A stretch of 64,000 nt of DNA, from the NCBI GenBank assembly GCA_963803435.1, contig CAWDML010000002.1, positions 160,001-224,000 of the forward strand. The letters are read 5' to 3'. This DNA comes from an uncultured delta proteobacterium. Its GTDB lineage: Bacteria; Myxococcota; Kuafuiibacteriia; Kuafuiibacteriales; Kuafuiibacteriaceae. The notes beneath the pieces were generated by a model. That model did no database searches, had not been told where the DNA came from, and worked only from the letters and a program-made list of their open reading frames with translations. A program made the translations under genes and the position numbers. Position 1 is the stretch's first letter; each line of letters opens with the position of its first letter. Shown here in pieces: positions 9,511-19,598 of the stretch.

Positions 9511-11872
9511 TCAGGTGAGGCGCGCGCGGAGCGCCTCACGGGAGGCATCGAGATCGGCCGGATCCTTGATCGGGAAAAAGCGCCCCGAGGGTCCGTCTCG
9601 CGGGACGCGGAGCGGCTGGAACGAGAACAGCGGGCGTCCGGTGTCGTCGCGAAGGCCCGTCGCTTCGCAGGTGATCGACTCGAGCTGCAGCACTGGGCGG
9701 TCCTCGACCTTCTTCTCCACGACCCACCGCTCGAGCGGGATGTCCCGATCGAGGGCGGCGGCGGAGAAGAGGAAGTTGTTGGTGGAGAAGTCGGGATAGG
9801 TCTCGACCGGGAGCTCCGGGAGGCGGAAGCCTTCGACGAGGCGGACCATGCCGTCGGTCTCCACCACCGAGGCGCCCTGATCCCACTTGCCGGTGGCGGT
9901 CCGGCGGCGCTCGACCAGCTCGGCGGTCACGTCGGCGTTCGCCTCGAGGTGGTGACCGATGATCAGCGGGTCGATGGTCGCGCCCAGGTTGTCCACATTG
10001 GAGAAGAGGATGACCTCGACGCCGCGATCCTTCAGCTCGGCGAGGACGCCGGAGTCGCGGATCGAGCCGAAGAAGTCGCCGTGGCCGGGGGCGTGGTAGC
10101 TGGGCCGGCCGTCCTGGCCCTGGAAGATGGAGCCGTCCGGGTTCATGCGGACGGAGATCGACTGCTCGAACGTGAGGATTCTGATCCGGGTCGAGCCCGA
10201 AGCCGCCGCCCGCCTCGACGTGCGCCTGGGTGGCGTCGCGGGTGGCGAAGCTGTTCATCAGCACGAGCGGGATCTTGGCTCCGTAGCGGTCCGAGGCGTT
10301 CTTCACGTCGCGCGCCTTGAGCGCCAGGAAGCTCTCGCCGTCGAACACGTCGACCGTGCCCTTCACGACGCCGCCGAAGCGCGTGGCCATGCCTCCGTTG
10401 AGCACCACCACCGCGACCTTGCCGCTGCGGAGCGCGTCCTCCCCGCGCCGTCGCAGGGCGTCCGCACGGGCGCCGGTGGCGAGCGTGGGCATGTCGGGGA
10501 CCGGGTGGAGCTCGGTCGTGAGCTTGCTCGAGTCCTTGGTCAGGTTGCCGGAGGCGATCCGCGCCTGGTCGGCGCGGAAGCGTTCGGCGTCGAATCGATT
10601 GCGCGCGAGGAAGGCCGCGTCGAGGCGCGGATCGGCCACCGGATCGGTGCGGGCGTCGAGCTGCCACGCCTTGACCGCCTCCGGCGGATCGAGATCGGAG
10701 AGTCCGTCGTCGAGGGCGCAGACCTGGAGGTCGGGATCGAGCCCGGTCGCCTCGCGATACTCGGCGGCCACGTCGCGAATGAAGTCGTCGACCTGATCCT
10801 CCTTCACCAGCGTCAAGGTGCAGCCACCGAAGCCGGCGCCGGTCATGCGGGAGCCGACGGCGCCCGGGTGCGCGCGCGAGATCCGGACCATCTCGTCCAG
10901 CTCGAGGCAGGTGACCTCCAGGAGGTCGCGCAGGGAGCGGTGCGAGGCGTCGAGCAAGGCGCCGAAGGTCTCGACGCCGTGCTTTCGATCGCGCTTGAGC
11001 GTCTCGACGGCGCTCAGCACGCGCTGGTTCTCCTCGATGACGTGACGCGCGCGCTTGCCGAGGGTCTCGGGCAGGCGGGCCTGGAGCCGCTCGAAGGTCT
11101 CCGGATCGACGTCGCGGAGCTTCTCGAACTCGTGCCCCGCCAGCTCGGAGAGCAGGGCGCGGGCCTCCTCGAACTCCTCGCAGCGCCGGTTGAACTGGGA
11201 GTCGACCAGGCTCCGCTTCTTCTTGGTGTCGGCGATGACCAATCGGTAGCCGCGGAGATCGAGGCGGATCGGCTTGTGCTCGACCGCTCGGCAGTCGAGC
11301 AAGAGCCCGCAACCCTTCTTGCCCATCCCGCTGGCGTATTGATCCATGATGCCGCACTTCACGCCGACGAAGTCGTGCTCGGCCTGATGGGCGATGCGCA
11401 CCAGCGCCTCGTTGCCGAGCTCGACGCCGGCGGCGCGCGCCATCGCCTTCGCCACCAGCAGCTCCAGCGCCGCGGAGGAGGAGAGGCCGCTTCCGATCGG
11501 GACGTCGCTCTCGATGACGCCCTGCAGGCCGGAGAGCTTCACGCCGCTCGCGTGGAGCGCCTGGGCCACCGCCTTCACGTAGCGGCCCCAGCCCGGCTCC
11601 TCGTTCTTGTCGAGCTCAGAGAGCGAGAAGCGGATCGGCTCCTCCTGATCGAGGGAGCGGAGGACCACCAGATCGTCGTCGCGCTTCTGGAACGCGCCCA
11701 CGAACGCGCGGTCGATCGCGGCCGGGAAGACGAAGCACTCGTTCATGTCGAGGTACTCGCCGATCAGGTTCACGCGTCCGGGAGCGCGGATGTGGAAGGC
11801 GGGCGCGTCGCTCCCGAGCTCTTCTTTGAGCACGCGTTCGGCCTCGGCAGCGCGGAGCTGCTGCGGGCTCAT
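9511..11872 (-). CDS. galactokinase-like GHMP kinase fused to UDP-sugar pyrophosphorylase (UDPGP family); frameshift near 10180
   Basis: APGRVNLIGE, PIGSGLSSSAA, CGIMDQ, RMTGAGFGG (GalK) continue in frame into LNGGMATRFGGVVKG, LMNSFAT; after a +1 indel APGHGD, SNVDNLGA, QLES, RFFPIK (UDPGP). Start could be as far upstream as 12013. Confidence 0.85.
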
Positions 11873-12046
11873 CGCCGCCGACGTCGCGCCGGCGCCGGTC
11901 GCTCGGACCGGTCCCATCGGCACGTCCAACGACGGCGTCGCGCGCGGCGGATCCTCGGATCCTCCGCGGGTGCAAAGCGTTGAAAAGAGCGGGATTCCGG
12001 GGAGGTGAACCACGGGCGAGTTATCGGTCGAGGGGCCTCGATGATG

Positions 12047-13363
12047 CTACCAAACGAGGACCGAGACCGAGGTCGGACCGGTGGCGTTGTCGCGCGCGTC
12101 GCCGAGCAAAACCACGGCCTTATCCAGCACGGCGATGTGCTTCACGATGGGGCTGTTGACCGAGAGGACTCCGCAGAAACCGTGGCCGGGCTGCCACTCG
12201 GTCGTCTGTCCGGTCCCGCCCGAGATCAGGATCCCGGCGTGGAACGGCGCGAGCGCGCTGGCCGGAAGGTCGATCGGTGAGTCGGGGATCTCGATCCAGC
12301 GATCGCCTTCGTCCCGGAGCAGCGCGCCGCCCAGTGTACCGGCGAACGTCCCGAGTCCCGGGGCGTGTGCGACCGCGGTCAACGGATCGATCGCGTCCGT
12401 GGGCTCGGCGTGCACCTGGCCGCCGACGGCGCGGACGACGGGCGCGCTGAGACCCACCGCGACCGCTTCGTTGGGCGCGATCCACGCGAGCCCGCGCTTC
12501 CAGTCGTCCCCGCCCAGAGCCGGCGCCAGCGTGTGCCAGCGATCTCCGTCGAAGCGCTCGAGCGCGCCGGAGCTGGTGACCGCGAAGAGCTCGTCCACGC
12601 CGCCGCTCTTCGGACCGTCGAGCCAGCGAAAGCTCCCGCGTGTGGCGCCGCGGGCGATCTCCGTGAGCGCCAGCTCGGGCTCGAAGCGACCGCGGAAGGT
12701 CCGCCCTCCGGCGCCGGCCACGAACAGCTCACCACTCGGCGCGAGATAGCCCGACTCGAGCGCGATCGGCACGGCCCGTCCGAGCGGGGTCGTGCCCTCG
12801 ATGGTGACCAGATAGAGTCGCGCGTCGCGCGTGCCGATCAGCGCGCGCTCACCGTCGATCCGGAGCGCGAAGGCGCCGTCGGCGCGAGACTCCAGCGGGA
12901 ACGTTCGCTCATCTCCGAGCGGCGTGCACGGATCGGCTGGAGGGTCCCGTTCGACGCGGACCTCGAGCAGGCGGTCCGAGAGCTCCTCGCGATCGACCCA
13001 CTCGCCGATCTCTCCCCCGAGGAAGTCGGCGCTGGCGATCGAGTCGGGTGGATCGAGCGCGCGGCCCTCGCCGAGCACGGGCACCGGGCCTTCGGTGAGG
13101 CCGTGCTCGCCGAGCGCTCCCGCGTAGAAGAGGGCCCAGATGCGGGAGCGGCCGAGACGGTCGAGGTCGATCGCGACCGGCGGTACGCGCCCGCCCTCGA
13201 TGCGCCGCGCCTCGAGCTGCAGGGCGTCCGCGCTCTCGATCGCAAACACCACGGAGCCCGATCCTCCGACCGGAGGGGGTGAGGTGAAGAAGACGTCTTC
13301 GCTCTGTCGACACGCGAGGAGTGCGGAGAGCAGGGCGACCCGCACCAGCGCGCTCCGGTTCAT
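12047..13363 (-). CDS. lipoprotein with beta-propeller-like repeats
   Basis: MNRSALVRVALLSALLAC lipobox; repeated xxAVGxxGxxxRFDGxxW segments; ATGA overlap with upstream gene. Confidence 0.7.
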   Translation of the reverse strand: MNRSALVRVALLSALLACRQSEDVFFTSPPPVGGSGSVVFAIESADALQLEARRIEGGRVPPVAIDLDRLGRSRIWALFYAGALGEHGLTEGPVPVLGEGRALDPPDSIASADFLGGEIGEWVDREELSDRLLEVRVERDPPADPCTPLGDERTFPLESRADGAFALRIDGERALIGTRDARLYLVTIEGTTPLGRAVPIALESGYLAPSGELFVAGAGGRTFRGRFEPELALTEIARGATRGSFRWLDGPKSGGVDELFAVTSSGALERFDGDRWHTLAPALGGDDWKRGLAWIAPNEAVAVGLSAPVVRAVGGQVHAEPTDAIDPLTAVAHAPGLGTFAGTLGGALLRDEGDRWIEIPDSPIDLPASALAPFHAGILISGGTGQTTEWQPGHGFCGVLSVNSPIVKHIAVLDKAVVLLGDARDNATGPTSVSVLVW

Positions 13364-14551
13364 CCAGGCCGCTCCTCGTCCAGCGCCTGGCCGAGGTCCG
13401 CGATCGAGATCGTCGGGATCCTCGAGGCCGACCGCCAGGCGGATGAAGCCCTCCGAGATGTGGGCCTCGCGGAGCTCGGGTGCCGAGAGCTGGCGGTGGG
13501 TGGTGGTGGAGGGCTGGATGATCAGCGAGTGGACGTCGCCGAGCGAGGCCGCGCGTTTGATCAGCCGCAAGCGATCCACGAAGCGCGCTCCAGTCTGGCG
13601 ATCCGGGAGCTCGAACGCCAGCACACCCCCGAAGCGCTCGCCGAGCTGACGGCGCGCCACCGCGTGGTTCGGATGAGAGGGGAGCCCGGGGTAGTCGACC
13701 CTCCGCACCCGGGGGTGCGCCTCCAGCCAGCGTGCGATCTGCAAGGCCGAGCTGGAGTGACGGTCCATGCGGATCGAAAGTGTACTGAGCCCGCGCAGGA
13801 TCAACCAAGCCACGAACGGGGCCATGATCCCGCCGGTCTCGATGGCGGTCCGCCGGAGCGCGTCGATCGTGGGCTTGGGGCCGGCCAGCATCCCTGCCAC
13901 CAGATCGCCGTGACCGCCCAGGAACTTGGAGGCGCTGTGCATCACCAGGTCGGCGCCGAGCTCGAGGGGGCGGCACAGATAGGGCGTGGCGAAGGTCGAG
14001 TCGACGAGGAGCTTGGCGCCTCCGCCGTGCGCGATCTCGGCGATGGCCGCCAGGTCGGGGACGAAGAGGGTGGGATTGCCGATCGTCTCCGCGTAGACGA
14101 TCTTGGTGTTCGGCCGCAGGGCGCGGCGCCACGCCGAGAGATCGTGGTGATCGACGAAGGTCGTCTCGACGCCGAACCGCGGGAGGATGTGGCGCAGGAC
14201 CTGGAAGCTGCCCCCGTAGAGCGCAGCGGGCGCGACCACGTGATCGCCCTGCGAGAGGAGATGGATGAGCGCGCAGTGGATCGCGGCCATGCCCGAGGCG
14301 AACGCCAGGCCGGCGCCGGTGCCCTCCAGGTCCGCCAGCAGGTTCTCGAGCGCAGCGACTGTGGGGTTGCTCAGGCGCGAGTAGCTGTAGCTGTCGTCCG
14401 GGCTGTTGATCGCGGGGCCGATCTCCTCCGCCCGTTCGAACGAGAAGGAGGCGGTGTGATAGATCGGTATTGCGAGCGGCGTGCTCGGGACACCCTGATG
14501 TTTCGGAAGATGAGCGTTGACGGCGCGAGTCGCGAATCCGTGCTTCGTCAT
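13360..14551 (-). CDS. PLP-dependent trans-sulfuration enzyme (MetB/methionine gamma-lyase family)
   Basis: YSRLSNPT, FASGMAAI, VDSTFATP, HSASKFLGGHGD, IRLAVGLED; removing one base near 13405 gives ..IADLGQALDEERPG* ending at 13360. Confidence 0.9.
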
Positions 14552-15446
14552 GGCGCCTAGAGTTTCACGATTTCCGGTCGTTTGGCAGGCCGGTCCTCCG
14601 ATGCTCGGGCCACCGCCCGGCGCCGTCGCGATCAAGGATCCGACGGCGGTTCATCACGACGGGGCGTGGCACCTCTTCACGACCGTGCGTCCGCCGCATC
14701 GCATCGAGTACCTACGCTGCGACGCGCTTCCGCCGTCGCGCGTCGAGCGTACGATCCTGAACCTCGGGGTGGAGATGGCGGCGGCTCCGCAGGTGTTCCG
14801 GAGCCGGGCGAACGGTCTCTTCTTCCTCGTCTTCCAGGCGCACGGACCGTTCGACTATGGGCCCGCCTTCTCGACGAACGAATCGCTCGATCCGGCCGGA
14901 TGGACCAAGGCAGCGCCGATCGCCCTGGAGCGGCCGGCGAAGCGCTGGCTCGACTTCTGGGCGATCGGAGACGGCGATCGGATGCACCTGTTCCACAGCT
15001 CCCTCGACGGCCGGCTCTGGCGCGCCGAGACCACGACCGAGGCGTTCCCGCGCGGCTTCGGAGCCTCGACGCTGGCGATCAGCGGCGACCTCTTCGAGGC
15101 TGCCCACGTCCACGCGGTCGGCCCGGGGCGATTCGTCTGCATCGCGGAGGCCCAGCGGTTCGGGCTCAGGCATCAACGTTGGTTCACCGCGCGCGCGCTC
15201 GACGGCGAGTGGACCGCGCGCGGGCGCTTCGCGTCGCGCGGGAACGTGCGCTGCCCGTGGGCGGACGCCATCAGCCACGGCGAGCTGCTGCGCTCGGACC
15301 TCGACGAGCGGATGGCGGTCAATCCCGCCTTGCCCCGGTTCCTCTTTCAGGGCGTCCGCGCGGTCGAGATGCTCCGGCCGTACGGAACGATCCCCTGGCG
15401 GATCGGGCTCCTCGAAGCTTCGGGCTCGCTGCCGTTCGACCCGTGA
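14550..15446 (+). CDS. GH62-like alpha-L-arabinofuranosidase / five-bladed propeller glycosidase
   Basis: IKDPT..WHLFTT, AAPQVF, LDFW, LFEAAHV, ISHGELLR..DERM, PWRIGLL; start 14550 or 14601. Confidence 0.7.
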   Translation: MAPRVSRFPVVWQAGPPMLGPPPGAVAIKDPTAVHHDGAWHLFTTVRPPHRIEYLRCDALPPSRVERTILNLGVEMAAAPQVFRSRANGLFFLVFQAHGPFDYGPAFSTNESLDPAGWTKAAPIALERPAKRWLDFWAIGDGDRMHLFHSSLDGRLWRAETTTEAFPRGFGASTLAISGDLFEAAHVHAVGPGRFVCIAEAQRFGLRHQRWFTARALDGEWTARGRFASRGNVRCPWADAISHGELLRSDLDERMAVNPALPRFLFQGVRAVEMLRPYGTIPWRIGLLEASGSLPFDP

Positions 15447-15504
15447 CGGTGCGCGCCCTGACCGCTTGCCCGCTCGCGTGCCGGGTCGGTAGCCTGCGCG
15501 ACCC

Positions 15505-17262
15505 GTGAGCCTCGATGAGGATCGACCCGTCGACGTCGGCCGGCGATTGTTCGCCGGGCTCATCGATCTCGTCCTCCTGGGGCTCGCCGGCTCGCTCTGC
15601 TCGCTGGGGCCGCTCGCGTACGGCGGCGCCGCGCTCCCGATGATCGGCTCGCTCGTCGCGATCACCGCTTACGCCATTCTTCCGGCCGCCGCTTTTGGCG
15701 CCACACCCGGGATGGCGATCGCGGGGACACGGATCGTCTCGGTGAAGGGCGGGGTCCCGGACGCCACCGAGATCGCGTTTCGAGAGCTGGTCGGCCGAGG
15801 TCTCATCGGCGCGGCCTACTTCGCGACCGCCGCCATCGGGCTGGCCGGGTACCTCTCCGGCTACCTCCGCTTCTTCGTCCCGCGGGGCCTCGGTTTGTTC
15901 CTGTTCGCCGTGTCCGCGCTGCTGCTCGCGTTCTCGGCGGCCAGCCACCTGGCGATCGTGCTTCGCCGCGACGGTCGAGCGCTCCACGACCTGTGGACCC
16001 GCACCCGCATCGTCCGCCGCTCCGAGGTGCGGGATCGCGAGGTTGTCGAGGACGAAGTGATGGCCACGCTCGAGTCGGGCCGGCGCCGGCGGCGGCTCCG
16101 CGGCTTCGTGGTGGCCGAGCTGATGCTGATGGTCCTGACGTTCGGGCTGCCGGTGCTGGTGTCGACGACACCGGACGGTCCGGCGGATCTCGAGGATCGG
16201 GTGGCGTTGAAGAAGGCCGTGAAGCGGTTCGAGCAGGACAAGACCGACCTGGACGCGGCTGCCGAGCTGGCGTCGCTGTACCAGCGAAGCGGGCGCTTCG
16301 AGCTGGCCGCGACCGTCGAGTCCGAGCACGAGGCGGCGATGAAGGCGGCCGGGCTCGAGCCGTCGGATCTCGACTATCAGGTGAAGAAATATCGCGCGCT
16401 CCTCAAAGGAACACCCTGCGCGCTGGGGTCGGCCGTGGCGCTCGGCGAGCGGCTGAACCAGCTCGGCGCCCACGACTCAGCGCTCGAGACGGTGTCCCAC
16501 TTCGAGGGACAGTGCGGCGTCCGGCCGCGCCTCTGGTGGATCACGCTGGAGGCTCACCGAGGAAAGGGCGAGCTCGACGCCGCTGTCGCGGACTCGACCC
16601 GCCTGATCGAGGACCGCCCCGAGGACTCGGACTTCTGGTGGTGGCGCGGCGAAGACCTCGACAAGAAGGGCGATCGCGTCGGCGCCGAGTCCGACTACCG
16701 CCAGTCGATGGCGGTCTACGCAGATCGGTTCGCCGCGAGTCGCTTTGCGGACCTGATGATGCAGGAGGGCGATCGGTGCGAGGGCGTCTACGCGCTCCAG
16801 CATCTGCTCGAGGAGAACGCGGAGGCGGCCGGATCGTGGGCGGAGGCCCAGCTGGCGGAGCTCCACGCCGGCGTCGAGTGCCCGCCGGAGGCGTCGCGGG
16901 GCTCGGTGAGCTTGAACGTCGCCAGCGACGGATCCGTGCGCACGGAGGCGGTCGTCGACAAGCGCAAGGGCCGGTTCCTGGTCCACGCCACCGGCTATGT
17001 CACGGTCACGCGGGCGTTCGCCGAGAAGGCGGGCCTGGTCGCCAGTGCAACCAGCGTCGGTGTGCGCGTCGCGGATCATGTCGTCCCGGCCCAGCTCGCG
17101 GTCGCCGGCGAGATCGCGGTGGGCAAGAGCCGCGCGTCGCACGTCGCCGTCGCGATCGTCGACGCGCTCCCCGACGGCGCCGACGGCCTCCTCGGGCTCA
17201 GCTACCTGTGGCGCTTCCAGATCGAGCGGACCGCTCACACGCTCGAGCTGCGCGCTCGGTAG
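15505..17262 (+). CDS. RDD + TPR + retropepsin-like domain membrane protein
   Basis: RRLFAGLIDL..TPG..LHDLWTRTRIV (RDD), TPR-like helices, C-terminal FLVHATG..DGLLGLSYL. Confidence 0.7.
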   Translation: MSLDEDRPVDVGRRLFAGLIDLVLLGLAGSLCSLGPLAYGGAALPMIGSLVAITAYAILPAAAFGATPGMAIAGTRIVSVKGGVPDATEIAFRELVGRGLIGAAYFATAAIGLAGYLSGYLRFFVPRGLGLFLFAVSALLLAFSAASHLAIVLRRDGRALHDLWTRTRIVRRSEVRDREVVEDEVMATLESGRRRRRLRGFVVAELMLMVLTFGLPVLVSTTPDGPADLEDRVALKKAVKRFEQDKTDLDAAAELASLYQRSGRFELAATVESEHEAAMKAAGLEPSDLDYQVKKYRALLKGTPCALGSAVALGERLNQLGAHDSALETVSHFEGQCGVRPRLWWITLEAHRGKGELDAAVADSTRLIEDRPEDSDFWWWRGEDLDKKGDRVGAESDYRQSMAVYADRFAASRFADLMMQEGDRCEGVYALQHLLEENAEAAGSWAEAQLAELHAGVECPPEASRGSVSLNVASDGSVRTEAVVDKRKGRFLVHATGYVTVTRAFAEKAGLVASATSVGVRVADHVVPAQLAVAGEIAVGKSRASHVAVAIVDALPDGADGLLGLSYLWRFQIERTAHTLELRAR

Positions 17263-17335
17263 CGTTGCTTTTGACGGGTACTACGGCTTCCACGGGCAGG
17301 CCCGGCTTGTCCGCGCACGGGGCACGGGCCCGGAG

Positions 17336-18207
17336 CTATAGCGAGCGGAGATACTGGACCAGATCCGCCCTCTCGTCCGCGGTGAGGCCGAGGGCGAAGT
17401 GGTCGTCGTAGTGCTCGACCACCGCTTCCAGCGTGGCGAAACGGCCGTCGTGATAGAAGCCGCCGGTGGAGCGCGGCCAGCTTGCCGGTGATCCGGTCGT
17501 CGGGCGCGGTCACGTCCGCCAGCGGAGCGCCGAGCGGGAAGCGCCCCGCGTCGAGGAGACGCGCGTCGTAGAAGCGCCCCATGCCGTGCATCTCGTGGAG
17601 GCCGACGAAGGCGTTCCAGTACGGGACCGAGCCCCAGCCCACGTAGGTCGCCAGGTTCACGCCCGCGAGACCGAAGGCCGCCGGGATCAACACCGCCGCC
17701 GTGGCGCCGTCGGGACGGAACGCCTGACCGTCCAGGATCAAGTGCGCGTCGAATCGCCCCGGACCCCACGACTGGAGCACCAGGCGAACGGTCGCTTCGT
17801 CGACGCCGAGCGCCGCCGCGATGGGCGCGACCGTCGGCGCGGCGTTGACGATCTGGCCCACGTCGAGGTCGCGGTTCGGCCAGCCGTCGAGGCGCCTGCC
17901 GATGCCGGGCGCGAAGCTGTCGTCCACCGTCGAGTGGCACAGCGCGCACTGGATCCCGATGCTCTCGAGCGTCCCATCGTCGGCGAAGAAGCCGGTCACG
18001 CCGACCACCGCGTTCAGCTGGAGCAGCGCCAGGGTGTTGGCCGGATCGTCGAGATCCGCGCGTCCGCGCGAGAGGTCGCGCTTCAAGCGGATCGGGAGCG
18101 CACCAGCGTCGACCTTGAGACCGAGCCCGAGCGCTGCCGCCGGCGGGACGGTGGCGATGCCTTCGTGCAAGCGGAGTTGACCGCCCCAGAACGCTTCGTC
18201 GCCGAAC
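17336..18207 (-). pseudogene. cytochrome c (peroxidase-like) remnant, 5' truncated and internally deleted
   Basis: FGDEAFWGG..CALCH..GWPNRDLDVG..; after KLAALH jumps frame to GGFYHDGRFATLEAVVEHY..DLVQYLRSL*; no start/signal peptide, in-frame TAG just upstream. Confidence 0.6.
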
Positions 18208-18275
18208 CTCGGCTACCTGTCGGACTCGGTCCTGGAGCCGATCACCAGCAGGATCGACGAGATCAGCCGGATGCT

Positions 18276-19577
18276 CTAGTCGCCCGGGCCGGCGCTCGGC
18301 TGGCTGGCGCTGGACAGGCCGGTGGCGACCTCCGGGATGACGCCGCGCTTCACGTATACGGGGTGCGCGTGGCGCCGGAGCGAGGGGAGGGCGCGGGTGA
18401 AGGCGAGCGCCGCCAGGACGCAGAGCGCGCCGCCGATCATCAGCGTCTCGGGCGCGCCGATGCGGTCGGCGACCGCGCCGGAGAGCAGGCTGCCGAGGGG
18501 CTGGGTCCCGAAGAAGGCCATGGTGTAGTAGCTCATCACGCGGCCGCGCTTGTCCTCGTCGGAGAGCGTCTGGAGCACGGTGTTGCTGGCGGCCATCTGC
18601 ACCATCATCCCGAAGCCGGTCAGCGCCATCAGCGCGAGGGAGAGCGCGAGCCAGCGGGAGAGGCCGAGGCCGATCAGTCCGGCGCCGAACGCGAGCGCCG
18701 AGACCGCGATCCAACGGCCCAGCCCGAGCACGGTGTTCCGGGACGCGAGATAGAGCGCACCCGCGAGCGCGCCCACGCCGGAGGCGGCCGTCAGAATGCC
18801 GAGCATGCCGGCGCCGCCGTGGAAGACCTGATCGGTGATGACCGGGAGGAGCAGGAGGTAGGGGACGCCGGTGAGGCTCACCAGCGCGATCAGCAGGAGG
18901 ATGGCGAGGATCGGCGGGAAGCCGGCGACGTAGCGGGCGCCCTGTCGCAGCTCCTGCAGGAGGTTCTGACCCGTGCGGGCGATCGGGCGCGCCGCGATCC
19001 GCATCGCGAGCAGCGACGCGACCACCGCGATGTAGCTGGCGGCGTCGATGGCGAAGCACCAGCCCTCTCCCACGGCGGCGATCAGCACGCCGGCCAGCGA
19101 GGGCCCGATCAGGCGCGCCGCGTTTACCATCGAGGAGTTGAGCGCGATCGCGTTCGGGAGGTCGTCGCGCGACTCGAGCATCTCCACCACGAACGCCTGG
19201 CGCGCCGGGACGTCGAAGGCGTTGATCAACGCCTGGAACACGCTCAGCAGCAGCACGTGGGTGACGGTGATCGTCCCCGACAGCGCGTAGTATGCGAGCA
19301 GCCCCGACTGCACCATCGCCAGCACCTGCGTCGCGACCAGGAGGCGATGGAGGTTCCATCGATCGGTCAGCACGCCCGCGACCGGCGAGAGCAGGAACGT
19401 GGGGAGCTGGCCTGCGAAGCCCACGATCCCGAGCATCCAGGCGGATCCGGTCAGCCGGTAGACCAGCCAGCTGGTGGCGACCTTGGTCAGCCAGGTGCCG
19501 ATGAGCGAGATCGTCTGGCCCGCGAAGAAGAGCCGATAGTTGCGGTGCCGGAGCGCGCGGCCGATCTCCGCCAGCAC
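18276..19577 (-). CDS. MFS transporter (transmembrane secretion effector / MFS_3 type)
   Basis: ALRHRNYRLFFAGQTISLIGTW, PARQAFV, AIALNS..NAARLIGP, RGRVMS; about 12 hydrophobic segments. Confidence 0.9.
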   Translation of the reverse strand: MLAEIGRALRHRNYRLFFAGQTISLIGTWLTKVATSWLVYRLTGSAWMLGIVGFAGQLPTFLLSPVAGVLTDRWNLHRLLVATQVLAMVQSGLLAYYALSGTITVTHVLLLSVFQALINAFDVPARQAFVVEMLESRDDLPNAIALNSSMVNAARLIGPSLAGVLIAAVGEGWCFAIDAASYIAVVASLLAMRIAARPIARTGQNLLQELRQGARYVAGFPPILAILLLIALVSLTGVPYLLLLPVITDQVFHGGAGMLGILTAASGVGALAGALYLASRNTVLGLGRWIAVSALAFGAGLIGLGLSRWLALSLALMALTGFGMMVQMAASNTVLQTLSDEDKRGRVMSYYTMAFFGTQPLGSLLSGAVADRIGAPETLMIGGALCVLAALAFTRALPSLRRHAHPVYVKRGVIPEVATGLSSASQPSAGPGD

Positions 19578-19598
19578 CCGATCAGCATACCGCCATCG

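Noticed and set aside
12047-14635. 862-aa PLP enzyme-lipoprotein fusion in ORF track
   Set aside because: A one-base insertion near 13405 hides the normal ending and ATGA overlap; an internal signal peptide marks a second gene.
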